A stretch of 64,000 nt of DNA from Candidatus Poribacteria bacterium. GTDB lineage: Bacteria > Poribacteria > WGA-4E > WGA-3G. Location: assembly GCA_965215265.1 (NCBI GenBank), contig OZ244048.1, positions 4,256,001-4,320,000 on the forward strand. The letters are read 5' to 3'. The stretch's first letter is position 1; each line of letters begins with the position of its first letter. Shown piece by piece: positions 62,731 to 64,000 of the stretch. The position numbers and the translations under genes were made by a program. The notes under the pieces are model-generated. The model saw nothing but the letters and a program-made list of their open reading frames with translations. It did not search any database and was not told where the DNA came from.

Positions 62731-63408
62731 TCACTTTTGATGTTTTATAGAGTAACAAATTCGACAAGGGTCATAGTCCTTCTCGGCTTTGTCGAGTAAG
62801 ATTGCAAACTTCTCGGTAGCATACTTCCGCAGAAAATCACAATCATAGGTATGATACTTTTCGCCTGTCCGCGTGATATAGACAACTGGTTCCGGTGGTG
62901 GCTTACGCCATAAAAGAAAAACAGACACACAAGAAATAAGAAAAGCAAGCGCAAAAGCCAACGCAATCCGTTTCCACCAGCGCACAGCTTTCCGTCCTCG
63001 CAGTAAATTAACCTCACTTTGTTCAAATATAGGCTTCCAGTTTTCAACACTTTGTTCAAAAGTTTCCCTATTGATTAACGCAAACCAGTTGTTATACTTA
63101 TTCTCGCAAAACTCCCAATGCTGGGGATCCGTGCCGACGGCGAGAACACCATACCGTGTGTTAGTAGCACTCATATAACTTTTCAACTGTGCTCTCGCTT
63201 GTGCTAGTGGGATGGGGAGGGGTAATTTCTTGCACTCCGCAATCGCGACAAAGTATCCTTTTTCATCTTTGATGGGCTGATGGAGAACAACATCCGCGAT
63301 GCCGTGTTGCGTGCCGAACGAGACGTCACACTGCTGTGCTATTGAAAATTGCGGGAATTTTTTAGTGAAATAGGTTTTGACTGCCTGTTCAACTATGGGT
63401 TCTTGCAT
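62731..63408 (-). CDS. Membrane-anchored PD-(D/E)xK nuclease (HsdR-N-like domain + TM helix + C-terminal Cys/His metal-binding domain)
   Basis: E..ADVV..IAECK and QLKSY (QxxxY); TM IALAFALAFLISCVSVFLLW; VYITRTGEKYH..DC...PCRIC. Confidence 0.8.
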   Translation of the reverse strand: MQEPIVEQAVKTYFTKKFPQFSIAQQCDVSFGTQHGIADVVLHQPIKDEKGYFVAIAECKKLPLPIPLAQARAQLKSYMSATNTRYGVLAVGTDPQHWEFCENKYNNWFALINRETFEQSVENWKPIFEQSEVNLLRGRKAVRWWKRIALAFALAFLISCVSVFLLWRKPPPEPVVYITRTGEKYHTYDCDFLRKYATEKFAILLDKAEKDYDPCRICYSIKHQK

Positions 63409-63417
63409 TGTCCCTAC

Positions 63418-63777
63418 CTAACCTGCCAAGCGAGGGGCTTTGAAGGGTTTTTTTTATGTTTCATGCTATAATGTATTTAAATTTCTAACCTGCCAAGCGA
63501 GGGGCTTTGAAGGGTGTTCGCCCGTACAACAGGCTACTGTAAAGGTAAAGGCTAACCTGCCAAGCGAGGGGCTTTGAAGGCTCGCTGAAGAGAGTGGCAA
63601 TGTTCCGATGAGCAAACTAACCTGCCAAGCGAGGGGCTTTGAAGGTGTGTGGCAGGGGCATCAAGGGGCTCCTGTTGGCTATACTAACCTGCCAAGCGAG
63701 GGGCTTTGAAGGTCCCCATCTCCCAAGCCCGCCAGACAATCTGTTTTCCTAACCTGCCAAGCGAGGGGCTTTGAAGG
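63418..63777. CRISPR. CRISPR array A: six identical 29-nt repeats, five spacers
   Basis: CTAACCTGCCAAGCGAGGGGCTTTGAAGG at 63418, 63485, 63552, 63617, 63684 and 63749; unique spacers of 38, 38, 36, 38 and 36 nt. Confidence 0.93.
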
Positions 63778-63799
63778 GCTATCTAAAACTGAGATATAT

Positions 63800-63829
63800 A
63801 GTATACCACATCCTTATACAGCTTGTCAA
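63800..63829 (-). promoter_or_regulatory. Strong leftward promoter reading into array A
   Basis: Minus strand TTGACA-N18-TATACT with TGg extension and an A-rich upstream tract; predicted start ~15 nt before the first repeat. Confidence 0.75.
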
Positions 63830-63892
63830 GTTAATTTTTATTTTTTTTACATTGCTGTCGATCTCCTGTTAGGTCTATTTCCTAGGAGGTCG

Positions 63893-64000
63893 ATGACCTT
63901 TGATACGGTAAAGGGTTATCCGTTGTTTTCTGTCAAAATGGCAAGGAACTTGGGGCACAATATCCTCGTTTCACGGCGACCGACAGCAGTTTGTAAACCG
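63893..64000 (+). CDS. Possible ORF start running off the window
   Basis: AGGAGG close to ATG 63893; frame stays open to 64000; product unknown. Confidence 0.3.
   Translation, partial: MTFDTVKGYPLFSVKMARNLGHNILVSRRPTAVCKP

Noticed and set aside
62731-63408. Calling the inter-array gene cas4
   Set aside because: It has a PD-(D/E)xK core, but the C-terminal cysteines lie beyond a TM helix rather than forming the Cas4 Fe-S arrangement; the motifs fit an HsdR-N-like domain better.
62556-63748. Full-length self-targeting by the spacers within this window
   Set aside because: No full match was found by eye; only the 12-nt promoter overlap is reported. A computational search is still needed.
1-64000. 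tRNA, rRNA, integrase, DDE/HUH transposase or cas genes
   Set aside because: None was recognised in the ORF track or by motif reading.

Overview
A 64-kb bacterial chromosomal window, probably Candidatus Poribacteria or a related sponge-symbiont-type lineage. This is inferred from several LamG proteins ending in an 'AVEPxxKLxxTWGxLK' tail, three PhyH dioxygenases, Uma2 and Rpn nucleases, a sulfatase and a sialidase. Most of the window is metabolic, secreted-protein and transport genes (glycerate kinase, ADH, two Ldh_2 dehydrogenases, thiE, fabV, dnaK, an ABC/TolC export operon) plus several pseudogenes. There are four accessory features. (1) At the left end, a tandem set of M48 metalloprotease paralogs has near-identical catalytic 3' halves and divergent N-termini, interrupted by a HigBA-like toxin-antitoxin pair. 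(2) An Rpn nuclease with a probable nested antitoxin start and an orphan DUF1156 methyltransferase sit between long imperfect direct repeats. (3) A ~92-bp fixed-length dispersed element occurs about 9 times and has inserted into two genes. (4) The most interesting feature is an AT-rich, phage-like segment at the right end (~60.9-64 kb). There a strong leftward promoter leads into a 6-repeat CRISPR array with an atypical 29-nt repeat, then directly into a gene for a membrane-anchored PD-(D/E)xK nuclease, then directly into a second CRISPR array with an unrelated 30-nt type I-B-like repeat. Two promoter/terminator-bounded candidate small RNAs lie nearby, and there are no cas genes in the window. 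All calls come from reading the sequence by eye; no database searches were run.
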